Shown one piece after another: positions 1-8,138 of a stretch of DNA of 32,000 bases. The stretch is from positions 1,757,690 through 1,789,689 of the forward strand of contig NZ_CP008941.1 in NCBI RefSeq assembly GCF_000742835.1. Reading direction: 5' to 3'. A program made the position numbers and the translations under genes. Position 1 is the stretch's first letter. Each line of letters begins with the position of its first letter. This stretch comes from Candidatus Odyssella acanthamoebae (GTDB taxonomy: Bacteria; Pseudomonadota; Alphaproteobacteria; Paracaedibacterales; Paracaedibacteraceae). The notes under the pieces are model-generated. The model did not search any database. It worked only from the letters and a program-made list of their open reading frames with translations, and had not been told where the DNA came from.

Positions 1-212
1 GAGCGTCTAAGCAGGATCGATCATCTGTTAAATGAGTGGTCATTATCCGAGAAACAATGAATCCCTTGCTGTTAATGCCAAAGTGAAGCTTACGCCAGGC
101 TTTACGTTTGTATTGTTTGCCATATTTGGTTTCAAGCCACTCACTTTCTCCAAATACTTTAATACCTGTACTATCAATGACAAGATGACCGGATTCATCC
201 ATTTTTTCTAAT
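1..212 (-). pseudogene. Partial IS5-family transposase (truncated by window edge; homology to the second copy becomes poor beyond ~212)
   Basis: The reverse complement of 1-202 matches 5143-5344 almost base for base (few mismatches) and encodes MDESGHLVIDSTGIKVFGESEWLETKYGKQYKRKAWRKLHFGINSKGF. Confidence 0.85.
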
Positions 213-774
213 TGGTAAGTAAGTAGGGGAACAATCTATAAAGGTGTTGAGCATACTACACAGTGGTTAAATGAGTTATGGAAATTAGAGCCGTCAAGTT
301 GTCATTCAGAGAGAAAAAAATAGACGTTCCTTCTGCCTTCCTTTAGGCATAATGGTAGTGAGGAGCCACAATCTTATTAAAGTTAAAGATATCAATGGAT
401 TGGATAAACTTTTGTCAATACTCTATGGCACTCTGTCTATATCGTCCTACTTTTATAAGAGGTTAAGAAAAGCACCCATACTGCTCAAAAAACGTTGAGC
501 AGTTGGTGCGCTTTTGAAACCTCTCATTTGTCTCTCTTTTTCTCTTGTCGGCTGATGACTATTGTAAGTCTAAAATATGAAAGAAAGAATTATGAATGAT
601 ATACATAAGAAGGTATATTGCTTATAAGAGAGTAAAACTCTATTTCCTATCATGACAGAAACAGAGCGGGGGCGTGAACGACCGTATGACTATTGGTTTT
701 GCAACCGTGAAAATCTAGGTATTCTAGCCCCGTCTCTCGATACGTTTGAATAGTTGAATGGGATGCACAAAAGC

Positions 775-1301
775 AATCCCGCTTACAACATAGTTGATTT
801 TCTATTCTATTGTTCAAGCGTTTGTGAGATCGATGCTCAGCAGGTTTGAGTAAAAACTCTATGGGCCTTGATATAGCTTCTCAACTTATCTGTCACCATG
901 ACGCGCGGAAACATGCCTAATTTTTTAAGTGCTCGCTTTAAAAATCGGATAGCTGACTTGGCATTTTTTCTCCTTTGTAAAAGCACATCAATTTCTTCTT
1001 CCTCACTATCAATCAGTCGCCATAACCAAAAGACGTCCCCTTTTATCTTTACCCTCACTTCATCGATATGCCATTTGTCTTTAAAAGGTGATCCTCTTTT
1101 CTGGCGAATACCTCTGGCATAAACAGGACTCCAGGTTTGACACCAATTTCGAATAATTTCGTAAGTGACAGAGAGGCCTCTGTCCTCAAGCATTTCGCTT
1201 AAATCTCTTAAGCTGATCTTATAACGGTAATAGTAGCGGACAGCAAAGCCGATAACACTTTTAGGAAGACGGTATCCTTTATAATGATCTCGCATAATCA
1301 A
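775..1301 (-). pseudogene. Decayed IS6-family (IS26/IS240-like) DDE transposase remnant
   Basis: The ORF at 837-1301 reads FAVRYYYRYKISLRDLSEMLEDRGLSVTYEIIRNWCQTW...WHIDEVRVKIKGDVFWLWRLID...VMVTDKLRSY, with the IS6-type layout. After a frameshift near 840-860 another frame continues KPAEHRSHKRLNNRIEN, then homology stops. Confidence 0.8.
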
Positions 1302-1612
1302 AGGCTTCCTTTCATTTTTGAAAGAATCTTACATTAATTGCTTCTTTACCTCACCAGCTTGACGAAACCTAGTAAGGTTCTTAGAAGGCTGCTTCTGGGG
1401 AACTAGGAGCGGCTACTCGACCTTTAAGTAGAAAATTATAAATAAAGATTAACGTATTTTTTTAATTATTTTTTTTTATTTTGAGAATGAGATATAAAAC
1501 TCGGTTTCTAAATTTTGTATATAGATACAGTTTTAGTCTGTAATCCCAAAAAAAATTAATGAAAGGAAAAATCTTGTAGAGCTTAACGCTATTTTAGATC
1601 AGGAGAACTGAG

Positions 1613-2710
1613 ATGAAAAAAATATTATTCTTTTTGCTTCCAATACTTACCTTTTTCTTACAATTAACCCCTTTAAAAGCCATGGAATCCAGAGTAGAAT
1701 ATGCGGGCTTGTCAATTGATGGGGGAGGTATCAGATCCTTAGTATCGTTAAAAGTACTTATTGCATTAGAAGATGCAATTCATGAGCATGCGCCAAAAAA
1801 ACATCTTTCAGAAATGTTCGATTACATTGGTGGCACTTCTGGAGGAGGGACGCTGGCGCTTGCTTTAACTTTGCCTCCCCCTATGCCAGATCAACAACCT
1901 CCTTCTCTAGGAGAATGGTTAGACATATTTATAGGTGCTAAGAACGTCATTTTTCCTAAGAGTAGGAAGAATTATATTAAACAATTTTTTTGGGGTTCTC
2001 GATATTCTCCAAAACAATATGAAGAGCATTTAAAGAATTGGTTTGGCCCATTAACATTAAGTGACCTAACCACAGACGTCGTTGTTACCAGTACCCAACT
2101 AGAAACGCAAAAACCTTACCTGTTTACTAAAGAAAAGGCAATAAGAGACGAAAAATATAATTTCCTTCTAAGGGATGTAGCACGCGCAACGACCGCAGTG
2201 GTATCTCAATATCCAGCTTACAGAGTTTCGACTGCTACTTTTTCAACCCCTCTCCTGATTGATGGTTGTATCTCTTTTATAAATTCATCTCAGTTTATTG
2301 TTAATAGGATTATGAAGAACTCACGAGACGAGAATTTTAGAAAGGGGCGTGAAGTCGCTACTCATAATAATATTTATATGCTTTCTCTCGGAGGAGACGT
2401 ACAAATAAGCGATACAAACAAAAACACGGGCAACATATGGCTTCTCCCTTACTTTATTAACCATTTCCGTGAAGGGGCAAATGATGGGGTTAATCACGAA
2501 ATGAAAAGTTTGTTAGGTGATAACTATAAACGCATTGTTCCAACATCAGAAATTGAGAAAATAAAATATGATGACGCGACAGATGAGGTAATAATCAAAA
2601 TTGACGAGGTCGGCAAGGACTTAATAAACAAGCTGAAAAGCAAAGGCGAGATCGAAGATACGGCTCGCAAACTTCTATATATTTATGACAGGAAAAATGA
2701 ACATTACTAA
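1613..2710 (+). CDS. Patatin-like phospholipase, predicted secreted (copy 1)
   Basis: Shine-Dalgarno AGGAG at 1601-1605. N-terminal signal-like sequence MKKILFFLLPILTFFLQLTPLKA. Patatin motifs SIDGGGIRSL (oxyanion loop), GGTSGGG (GxSxG nucleophile elbow) and LLIDGC (catalytic Asp region). Confidence 0.9.
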   Translation: MKKILFFLLPILTFFLQLTPLKAMESRVEYAGLSIDGGGIRSLVSLKVLIALEDAIHEHAPKKHLSEMFDYIGGTSGGGTLALALTLPPPMPDQQPPSLGEWLDIFIGAKNVIFPKSRKNYIKQFFWGSRYSPKQYEEHLKNWFGPLTLSDLTTDVVVTSTQLETQKPYLFTKEKAIRDEKYNFLLRDVARATTAVVSQYPAYRVSTATFSTPLLIDGCISFINSSQFIVNRIMKNSRDENFRKGREVATHNNIYMLSLGGDVQISDTNKNTGNIWLLPYFINHFREGANDGVNHEMKSLLGDNYKRIVPTSEIEKIKYDDATDEVIIKIDEVGKDLINKLKSKGEIEDTARKLLYIYDRKNEHY

Positions 2711-2722
2711 TATGAGTATTTT

Positions 2723-2748
2723 ACCAATCGATATTGCTATTGATTGGT
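2723..2748 (+). other. Intercistronic inverted repeat/hairpin between the two patatin genes
   Basis: ACCAATCGATA-TTGC-TATTGATTGGT: 11-bp stem with one G.U wobble and a 4-nt loop. No following T-tract. Confidence 0.6.
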
Positions 2749-2792
2749 AGCTTACATAGAAATAAAAAATGTTTTTAAAAGGAAGGTGCAGT

Positions 2793-3902
2793 ATGTTTAA
2801 GAAAACTTTTAAAAAAAATATTATGGTATTTACTTTAGTGTTATCTTTTTTCAATATTTTTCGCGAGAGGCTAGAAGCTTTTGAAGCAGAAGGAAGCAGT
2901 AATCCCTCTCGCAACAAGATTTATACAGCCTTATCAATTGATGGAGGGGGTATCCGTGGTTTGATCCCACTTAGAATACTTGAGGAGATCGAAAAGAAAA
3001 CCGGAAAGCCGATTTGTGAGCTTTTTGACTATATTGGTGGAACATCAACAGGAGCTTTACTTACTTTAGGTCTTACTGTACCTCATGAAAAAGAAGGAAG
3101 AGTCCCTCGCTATACGGTTAAGAGTTTGGGAAGCCTCTTTACAGGAGAAGAGAGGTTTGAGGTCTTCTCGACTTCTTTGATGAATAAGCTTAAATCCGCT
3201 GGGAAATATTTAGGATCCTTATATTCAGCATATAAATATGAAACACTTCTTAGCAAAAAAGTAGGGAATTTTTACCTAAACGATGCTTTAACAAATATAT
3301 TAATAACTGCTACAGAATTTAAAACAAAGCATATGAGTGTATTTTGTAAGGAAGGCAAAGATATTGGAAATAAAATACTTGGAGGAGAAATTTTAATGCG
3401 AGAGGTGATGCGTGCCACTTCGGCTGCACCTACTTATTTTCAAGCTGCAGGCGTAACAGAACCGACAGAAGATGAAAGAGGCTACACCGTAACTTATTAT
3501 GTAGATGGTGGCATTTGCTGTAACAATCCTGCCCAACTTGTATGGAACCGCCTGCAAAAACAGTTTAACGCTACGCCAGACAACGTTTATTTGCTTTCCC
3601 TTGGTACAGGGGTAGTTAGTCAAGAAAAGCTTTCTGTGCCGGGTGCTGATGCTTGTTTACCTAAATGGATACCCGTGCTAGCAGATTATTTTATGGAGAG
3701 TAATAGTTGGGCTGTACATAAAGAGATGAAATACGTGCTTGGTAAAAAAAATTATAAACGCGTACAGCCGGTTTTAGAAGCAGCCATAGACCTTGCAGGC
3801 GTAGATGAGGAAAATTTAGAACGATTAGAAAAAGCGGCATCATCTGTAATGGGTCAAGTAGATGAAATCTGTGAGCAGCTTAAGAGGGCAGGAAAATGGT
3901 AG
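2793..3902 (+). CDS. Patatin-like phospholipase, predicted secreted (copy 2); ORF track start is 2769 but 2793 is better supported
   Basis: Shine-Dalgarno AAGGAAGG at 2779-2786 precedes ATG at 2793. Hydrophobic N-terminus MFKKTFKKNIMVFTLVLSFFNIF. Motifs SIDGGGIRGLIPLRIL, GGTSTG and YYVDGGICCNNPA. Confidence 0.9.
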   Translation: MFKKTFKKNIMVFTLVLSFFNIFRERLEAFEAEGSSNPSRNKIYTALSIDGGGIRGLIPLRILEEIEKKTGKPICELFDYIGGTSTGALLTLGLTVPHEKEGRVPRYTVKSLGSLFTGEERFEVFSTSLMNKLKSAGKYLGSLYSAYKYETLLSKKVGNFYLNDALTNILITATEFKTKHMSVFCKEGKDIGNKILGGEILMREVMRATSAAPTYFQAAGVTEPTEDERGYTVTYYVDGGICCNNPAQLVWNRLQKQFNATPDNVYLLSLGTGVVSQEKLSVPGADACLPKWIPVLADYFMESNSWAVHKEMKYVLGKKNYKRVQPVLEAAIDLAGVDEENLERLEKAASSVMGQVDEICEQLKRAGKW

Positions 3903-4047
3903 GTAAGAGACTCCATCAAGTTTTGTCACCCGCTCTCTTTTATATGTCTTATTTACATATTATTATAATTTAACATAAGATTAGGGAAAATTTTAAGCAG
4001 CCATTGTGGCAGGCTTCAGGTATTAGGGCTTCCAGTCACAACAGAGG

Positions 4048-4681
4048 TGGCCCCTAGAAATCGGACAGTATGCTAAGCTATAGTCCTCAATAAAAAAGGA
4101 CTAGAAAGATGAGTGGAATACGAAGGAATCATAGTGCTGATTTTAAAGCACATGTGGCGTTAGCGGCGATCCGAGAGGACGCCACGATTGCTGAATTATC
4201 GGTCCCGTTTGGCGTTCATTCAACCTTAATTCACCGCTGGAAAAGAGAAGCGCTCTCCCGAATGAGTGAAATCTTTTCAGGAAAACAAGCTATTCAGGAA
4301 GCCAACTATATAAATGACATCAAAGAACTTCACGCCAAAATTGGTCAATTAACGGTGGAGAAAGATTTTTTAGAGACTGTCTCCAAACGATTGGGACTGC
4401 TCGGAGGAAAGAAATGATTGATCCTCAAAACAAGACTGTAAGCCTTTCCCATCAATGCCAGCTTTTAAGCCCCAGTCGCTCCAGCTGGTATTATGAGTCC
4501 AAGGGAGAAAGTCCTTTAAACCTGAGCTTGATGCGACTAATTGACAAGCTTTTTCTAAAGACGCCTTATTATGGCTCTCGTCAAATGGCGCGCCATCTAT
4601 TCCGTATAGGTTATTGTGTTGGACGTAAGCGCAATCGACGGTTAATGCGCCTGATGGGATTAGAAGCGATTTATCAATCTC
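4048..4681 (+). mobile_element. 5' portion of an IS3-family insertion sequence, truncated at its 3' end by an IS5-family element
   Basis: Putative left terminal repeat TGGCCCCTAGAAATCGGACA starting at 4048, followed by orfA and a partial orfB. No remainder of orfB after the IS5 element. Confidence 0.75.
4109..4417 (+). CDS. IS3-family transposase OrfA (HTH protein)
   Basis: RRNHSADFKAHVALAAIREDATIAELSVPFGVHSTLIHRWKREAL...IKELHAKIGQLTVEKDFLE is typical of IS3 OrfA. Confidence 0.9.
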   Translation: MSGIRRNHSADFKAHVALAAIREDATIAELSVPFGVHSTLIHRWKREALSRMSEIFSGKQAIQEANYINDIKELHAKIGQLTVEKDFLETVSKRLGLLGGKK

Positions 4682-4716
4682 GGCGTTGTTGCGTAAATAG
4701 AAAAGGTTGTCAATAA
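4414..4716 (+). pseudogene. IS3-family transposase OrfB, N-terminal part only; native sequence ends about 4681 and the rest reads into IS5
   Basis: ATGA overlap with orfA. SLSHQCQLLSPSRSSWYYESKGESPLNLSLMRLIDKLFLKTPYYGSRQMARHLFRIGYCVGRKRNRRLMRLMGLEAIYQ matches the IS3 OrfB N-terminus; the catalytic rve domain is missing. Confidence 0.9.
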
Positions 4717-4760
4717 AAGGTAAATGGAAGTATCTTTTTTAAAATAAAAAAGGATGCCCT

Positions 4761-5150
4761 ATGCCTTATAAAGAACGTATTAGGCGCTCAGGCGCTATTT
4801 ATAAACGTCAAAAGCATTATCGCCTACAGAATTGGTCAGACTATAATCAAGCTTTAATAAACAGAGGAGATCTCACTTTATGGCTTTGTGAAGATCTTCC
4901 CCATAACTGGTACGCTCAAAAATCTCCTATTCCTAAAAAAGGACGGCCCCTTTATTATTCTGATCATGCGATTACACTCATGCTAACATTAAGGCTCATC
5001 TTTAAACAAAAACTTAGGCAAACTCAAGGGTTGGTCAAGTCATTGTTTCATCTCCTTGGCCTTCAATTAGATGTTCCTAATTATACAAGACTATCACGCC
5101 GAGGGATTGTTCCTTTAACCATACGTTCGTTCATTAGAAAAAATGGATGA
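4761..5150 (+). CDS. IS5-family transposase, N-terminal ORF
   Basis: NWSDYNQALINRGDLTLWLCEDL...GRPLYYSDHAITLMLTLRLIFKQKLRQTQGLVKSLFHLLGLQLDVPNYTRLSRR is the IS5 N-terminal domain. Confidence 0.88.
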   Translation: MPYKERIRRSGAIYKRQKHYRLQNWSDYNQALINRGDLTLWLCEDLPHNWYAQKSPIPKKGRPLYYSDHAITLMLTLRLIFKQKLRQTQGLVKSLFHLLGLQLDVPNYTRLSRRGIVPLTIRSFIRKNG

Positions 5151-5733
5151 AGCCGGTCATCTTGTCATTGATAGCACAGGCATTAAAGTATTTGGAGAAA
5201 GTGAGTGGCTTGAAACAAAATATGGCAAACAATACAAACGTAAAGCCTGGCGTAAGCTTCACTTTGGCATTAACAGCAAGGGATTCATTGTTTCTCGGAT
5301 AATGACCACTCATTTAACAGATGATAGATCTTGTTTAGACGCTCACCTTAAACAGGCGGATGCGACAAAGATTACGCAGCTTATTGCTGATGCGGGCTAT
5401 GATGGTCAAAATGTTTACAGCCAACTAGAATCAGTCAACATTAAACCCATTATTCCTCCAGCTCGAGGATCTCCTTCACTGTCAGAAAAGCACTGCTCTG
5501 TTAGACAAAAGGATATTAATTACATTAATAAAAAGGGACTATACGCCTGGCAAACAGAAAATGATTATGGCAGGAGAGCAAAAGTAGAAAATACAATATA
5601 CCGCTATAAAGAGGTGATCGGTCGTAAGCTTAATGCCAGATTATGGGATAACCAAGATGCGGAATTACATCTTGGGTGCTTTATTTTGAACACTTTTACT
5701 AATCTTGGTATGCCGGAATCAGTTAAAATCTAA
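5143..5733 (+). CDS. IS5-family transposase, catalytic DDE ORF
   Basis: GHLVIDSTGIKVFGESEW...LIADAGYDGQNVY...ENTIYRYKEVIGRKLNAR carries DDE-type motifs. It overlaps ORF1 by 8 bp in a different frame. Confidence 0.9.
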   Translation: MDEAGHLVIDSTGIKVFGESEWLETKYGKQYKRKAWRKLHFGINSKGFIVSRIMTTHLTDDRSCLDAHLKQADATKITQLIADAGYDGQNVYSQLESVNIKPIIPPARGSPSLSEKHCSVRQKDINYINKKGLYAWQTENDYGRRAKVENTIYRYKEVIGRKLNARLWDNQDAELHLGCFILNTFTNLGMPESVKI

Positions 5734-5858
5734 TAATTGTGGGAAAAAGGGAGAGTTTGTTCTTGCTTCCCATTTACGCAACAACGCCACAAATCTCTTT
5801 ACCATTCAATCGAATAAAGTAATGAGTTATAATTTTGATTTTAAAGTACTCAAACATA

Positions 5859-5887
5859 AAAAAGGGCGATAGTATATCGCCCTTTTT
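5859..5887 (-). terminator. Rho-independent terminator of the rplQ-distal operon end, potentially bidirectional
   Basis: AAAAAGGGCGAT-AGTAT-ATCGCCCTTTTT: perfect 12-bp stem, 5-nt loop, T-tract readable on both strands. Confidence 0.9.
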
Positions 5888-5907
5888 AAATACTATCTTT
5901 AAGGATA

Positions 5908-6270
5908 TTATTTTGCTTGATCAACAAACTCAATAACAGCCATTGGAGCGTTGTCACCATAACGGAAACCGTGCTTCATAATGCGCGTATAGCCACCCTG
6001 ACGACCTGCAAAACGGCCAGCAAGTTCGTTGGCTAACTTTGCCGCATGGGATTCACTCCGAAGTCGTGATGCCAAGATACGACGTGAATGTAGATCACCT
6101 TTCTTCGCAATAGTAATCAATTTTTCGATTACCGGACGAAGATCTTTTGCCTTAGGCAAAGTTGTTACAATTTGTTCACGTTCAATCAAAGCTTGGCAAA
6201 GGTTTGCAAACATTGCTTTTCTGTGAGAACTTGTTCTATTAAATTTACGACCACTTATACCGTGTCTCAT
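5908..6270 (-). CDS. rplQ: 50S ribosomal protein L17
   Basis: [29 protein letters not shown]. Confidence 0.97.
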   Translation of the reverse strand: MRHGISGRKFNRTSSHRKAMFANLCQALIEREQIVTTLPKAKDLRPVIEKLITIAKKGDLHSRRILASRLRSESHAAKLANELAGRFAGRQGGYTRIMKHGFRYGDNAPMAVIEFVDQAK

Positions 6271-6288
6271 TTTTTACTCCAAAAATTC

Positions 6289-7308
6289 TTAATTAAAAGG
6301 ATCTTCTAATTTCTTTGTTAGCTCTTCGATATTTTCTGGTGGCCAATTAGGAATAATCATTCCTAATGTTAATCCCATAGTTTCAAGAACTTCACGTATT
6401 TCATTCAAAGACTTACGCCCAAAGTTAGGTGTCCGCAACATTTCATGCTCTGACTTTTGAACAAGATCACCAATATAGATGATATTTTCATTCTTGAGGC
6501 AGTTTGCTGACCGTACTGACAATTCTAACTCATCTACTTTTCTCAAAAGATTTGGATTGAATGGTAATTCAATTTTACTTTCTTTTTTATCAGCTGCCTT
6601 AGGCTCATCAAAATTGATAAAGCTATGCAGTTGATCTTGCATAATTCTAGCCGCTAAAGCGATAGCATCATCTGGCTTCAAGGATCCATCTGTGCTGATG
6701 TTCAAGATGAGCTTATCAAAGTCAGTTCTTTGCCCTACACGTGTAGGTTCAATTTTATAGCTTACCCGCTTTACTGGACTAAAGATTGCATCAATTGGAA
6801 TTAATCCAATTGGCTTATCATCATGAGAAATGCTGTTTGCTGGAATATAACCTTTACCAGATTCAACAGTCATTTCCATTGAAAGCTTTGCACCTTCGTC
6901 TAAATGGCAGATAATAATGTCTTGATCAAGAATTTCAATTCCCGTAGGACACTCGATCTGACGCGCATAAACAGGCCCTTTACTGCTGGCAACAAGCTTA
7001 ACTTTCTTAACGCCCTCAACTGTGCTACGAACACCAATCGTCTTAAGGTTAAGAATAATATCTGTTACATCTTCCATCACGCCAGGAATTGTAGAGAACT
7101 CGTGAAGAACACCCTCAATCTTAACAGATGTGAACGCAGCCCCTTGTAGCGATGACAAAAGAATGCGACGCAATGCGTTTCCTAAAGTTAGGCCGTACCC
7201 TCTTTCAAGAGGCTCAACAACGACATCAGCATGACGTAAATCAGGACTGCTGTATTTTACATCTAACTTATTCGGCTTAATTAACGCTTCCCAATTGTTT
7301 TGAAGCAC
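6289..7308 (-). CDS. rpoA: DNA-directed RNA polymerase subunit alpha
   Basis: [26 protein letters not shown] and the C-terminal domain [22 protein letters not shown]. Confidence 0.98.
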   Translation of the reverse strand: MLQNNWEALIKPNKLDVKYSSPDLRHADVVVEPLERGYGLTLGNALRRILLSSLQGAAFTSVKIEGVLHEFSTIPGVMEDVTDIILNLKTIGVRSTVEGVKKVKLVASSKGPVYARQIECPTGIEILDQDIIICHLDEGAKLSMEMTVESGKGYIPANSISHDDKPIGLIPIDAIFSPVKRVSYKIEPTRVGQRTDFDKLILNISTDGSLKPDDAIALAARIMQDQLHSFINFDEPKAADKKESKIELPFNPNLLRKVDELELSVRSANCLKNENIIYIGDLVQKSEHEMLRTPNFGRKSLNEIREVLETMGLTLGMIIPNWPPENIEELTKKLEDPFN

Positions 7309-7340
7309 TGGAATTCCCCACTAATTCTAATTAACAACAA

Positions 7341-7733
7341 TTACACGCGACGACGCTTTGGCGCTCGGCATCCGTTATGTGGAATAGGTGTTACATCCTT
7401 AATTGACGTTACTTTGAAACCAGCCGCCTGCAATGCACGCAAGGCTGTTTCACGACCTGATCCAGGTCCCTTAACAAAAACAGAAATATCCTTTACACCA
7501 TGTTCTGCTGCTTTCTTTGCTGCTTCATCTGCCGCAATTTGAGCCGCATAAGGTGTAGACTTACGAGAGCCTTTAAAGCCCATCGCACCAGCTGTGGACC
7601 ATGAAATCGCGTTTCCTTTTTCGTCTGTAATTGTAACGATCGTGTTATTAAATGTTGCATTAATATGCGCCTGGGCGCTTACAACATTCTTTTTTTCACG
7701 ACGCTTTACGCGCGATGTATTCTTTTGTGCCAT
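7341..7733 (-). CDS. rpsK: 30S ribosomal protein S11
   Basis: [36 protein letters not shown] and [13 protein letters not shown]. Confidence 0.98.
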   Translation of the reverse strand: MAQKNTSRVKRREKKNVVSAQAHINATFNNTIVTITDEKGNAISWSTAGAMGFKGSRKSTPYAAQIAADEAAKKAAEHGVKDISVFVKGPGSGRETALRALQAAGFKVTSIKDVTPIPHNGCRAPKRRRV

Positions 7734-7747
7734 TATCTACTCACTAC

Positions 7748-8125
7748 TTACTTCTTAGCAATCTTTTTACCAGCAATCGGAACTGCTTTACCCTTACGTG
7801 TACGTGCATTAGTATGCGTCCGTTGACCACGAACGGGAAGCCCCTTACGATGGCGCAAACCACGATAGCAACCTAAGTCCATTAAACGTTTAATGTTCAT
7901 TGAAACTTCTCGACGAAGATCACCTTCAACAAGATAGTCAGCGTCAATAATTTCACGAATACGCAAGACTTCTTGATCTGATAACTCGTTAACGCGCTTT
8001 GATTCATCAACGCCTAACTTGGCTACAATTTCTTTAGCCTTAATTTTTCCAATACCATAAATATACGTAAGCGCAATAATAACTCGCTTTTGTGTTGGTA
8101 TGTTTACACCAGCAATACGTGCCAC
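7748..8125 (-). CDS. rpsM: 30S ribosomal protein S13
   Basis: [26 protein letters not shown] and [18 protein letters not shown]. Confidence 0.98.
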   Translation of the reverse strand: MARIAGVNIPTQKRVIIALTYIYGIGKIKAKEIVAKLGVDESKRVNELSDQEVLRIREIIDADYLVEGDLRREVSMNIKRLMDLGCYRGLRHRKGLPVRGQRTHTNARTRKGKAVPIAGKKIAKK

Positions 8126-8138
8126 TGCCTAGTTCTCC

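Larger units (their letters stand above)
4682..5788 (+). mobile_element. IS5-family insertion sequence, complete end to end
   Basis: Perfect 17-bp terminal inverted repeats, GGCGTTGTTGCGTAAAT (4682-4698) and ATTTACGCAACAACGCC (5772-5788), bracket both transposase ORFs. Confidence 0.85.

Noticed and set aside
1441-1560. Possible promoter or regulatory element in the very AT-rich tract upstream of patatin 1
   Set aside because: T-runs and several weak -10-like matches, but no convincing paired -35/-10. TTGTAT and TGTAAT near 1515-1542 are too weak to call.
1613-3902. Patatin phospholipases as CBASS/CapV-type anti-phage effectors
   Set aside because: No CD-NTase, Cap2/Cap3 or other signalling partner is visible in the window, and both proteins have N-terminal export-like sequences, unlike cytoplasmic CapV effectors.
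3903-3945. Terminator after patatin 2
   Set aside because: Only a short AAGAGA/TCTCTT pairing with a long loop; too weak to claim as a terminator.
4682-4716. C-terminal residues RRCCVNRKGCQ of the 4414-4716 ORF as genuine OrfB
   Set aside because: They are encoded by the IS5 terminal repeat and adjacent IS5 sequence; genuine IS3 coding ends near 4681.
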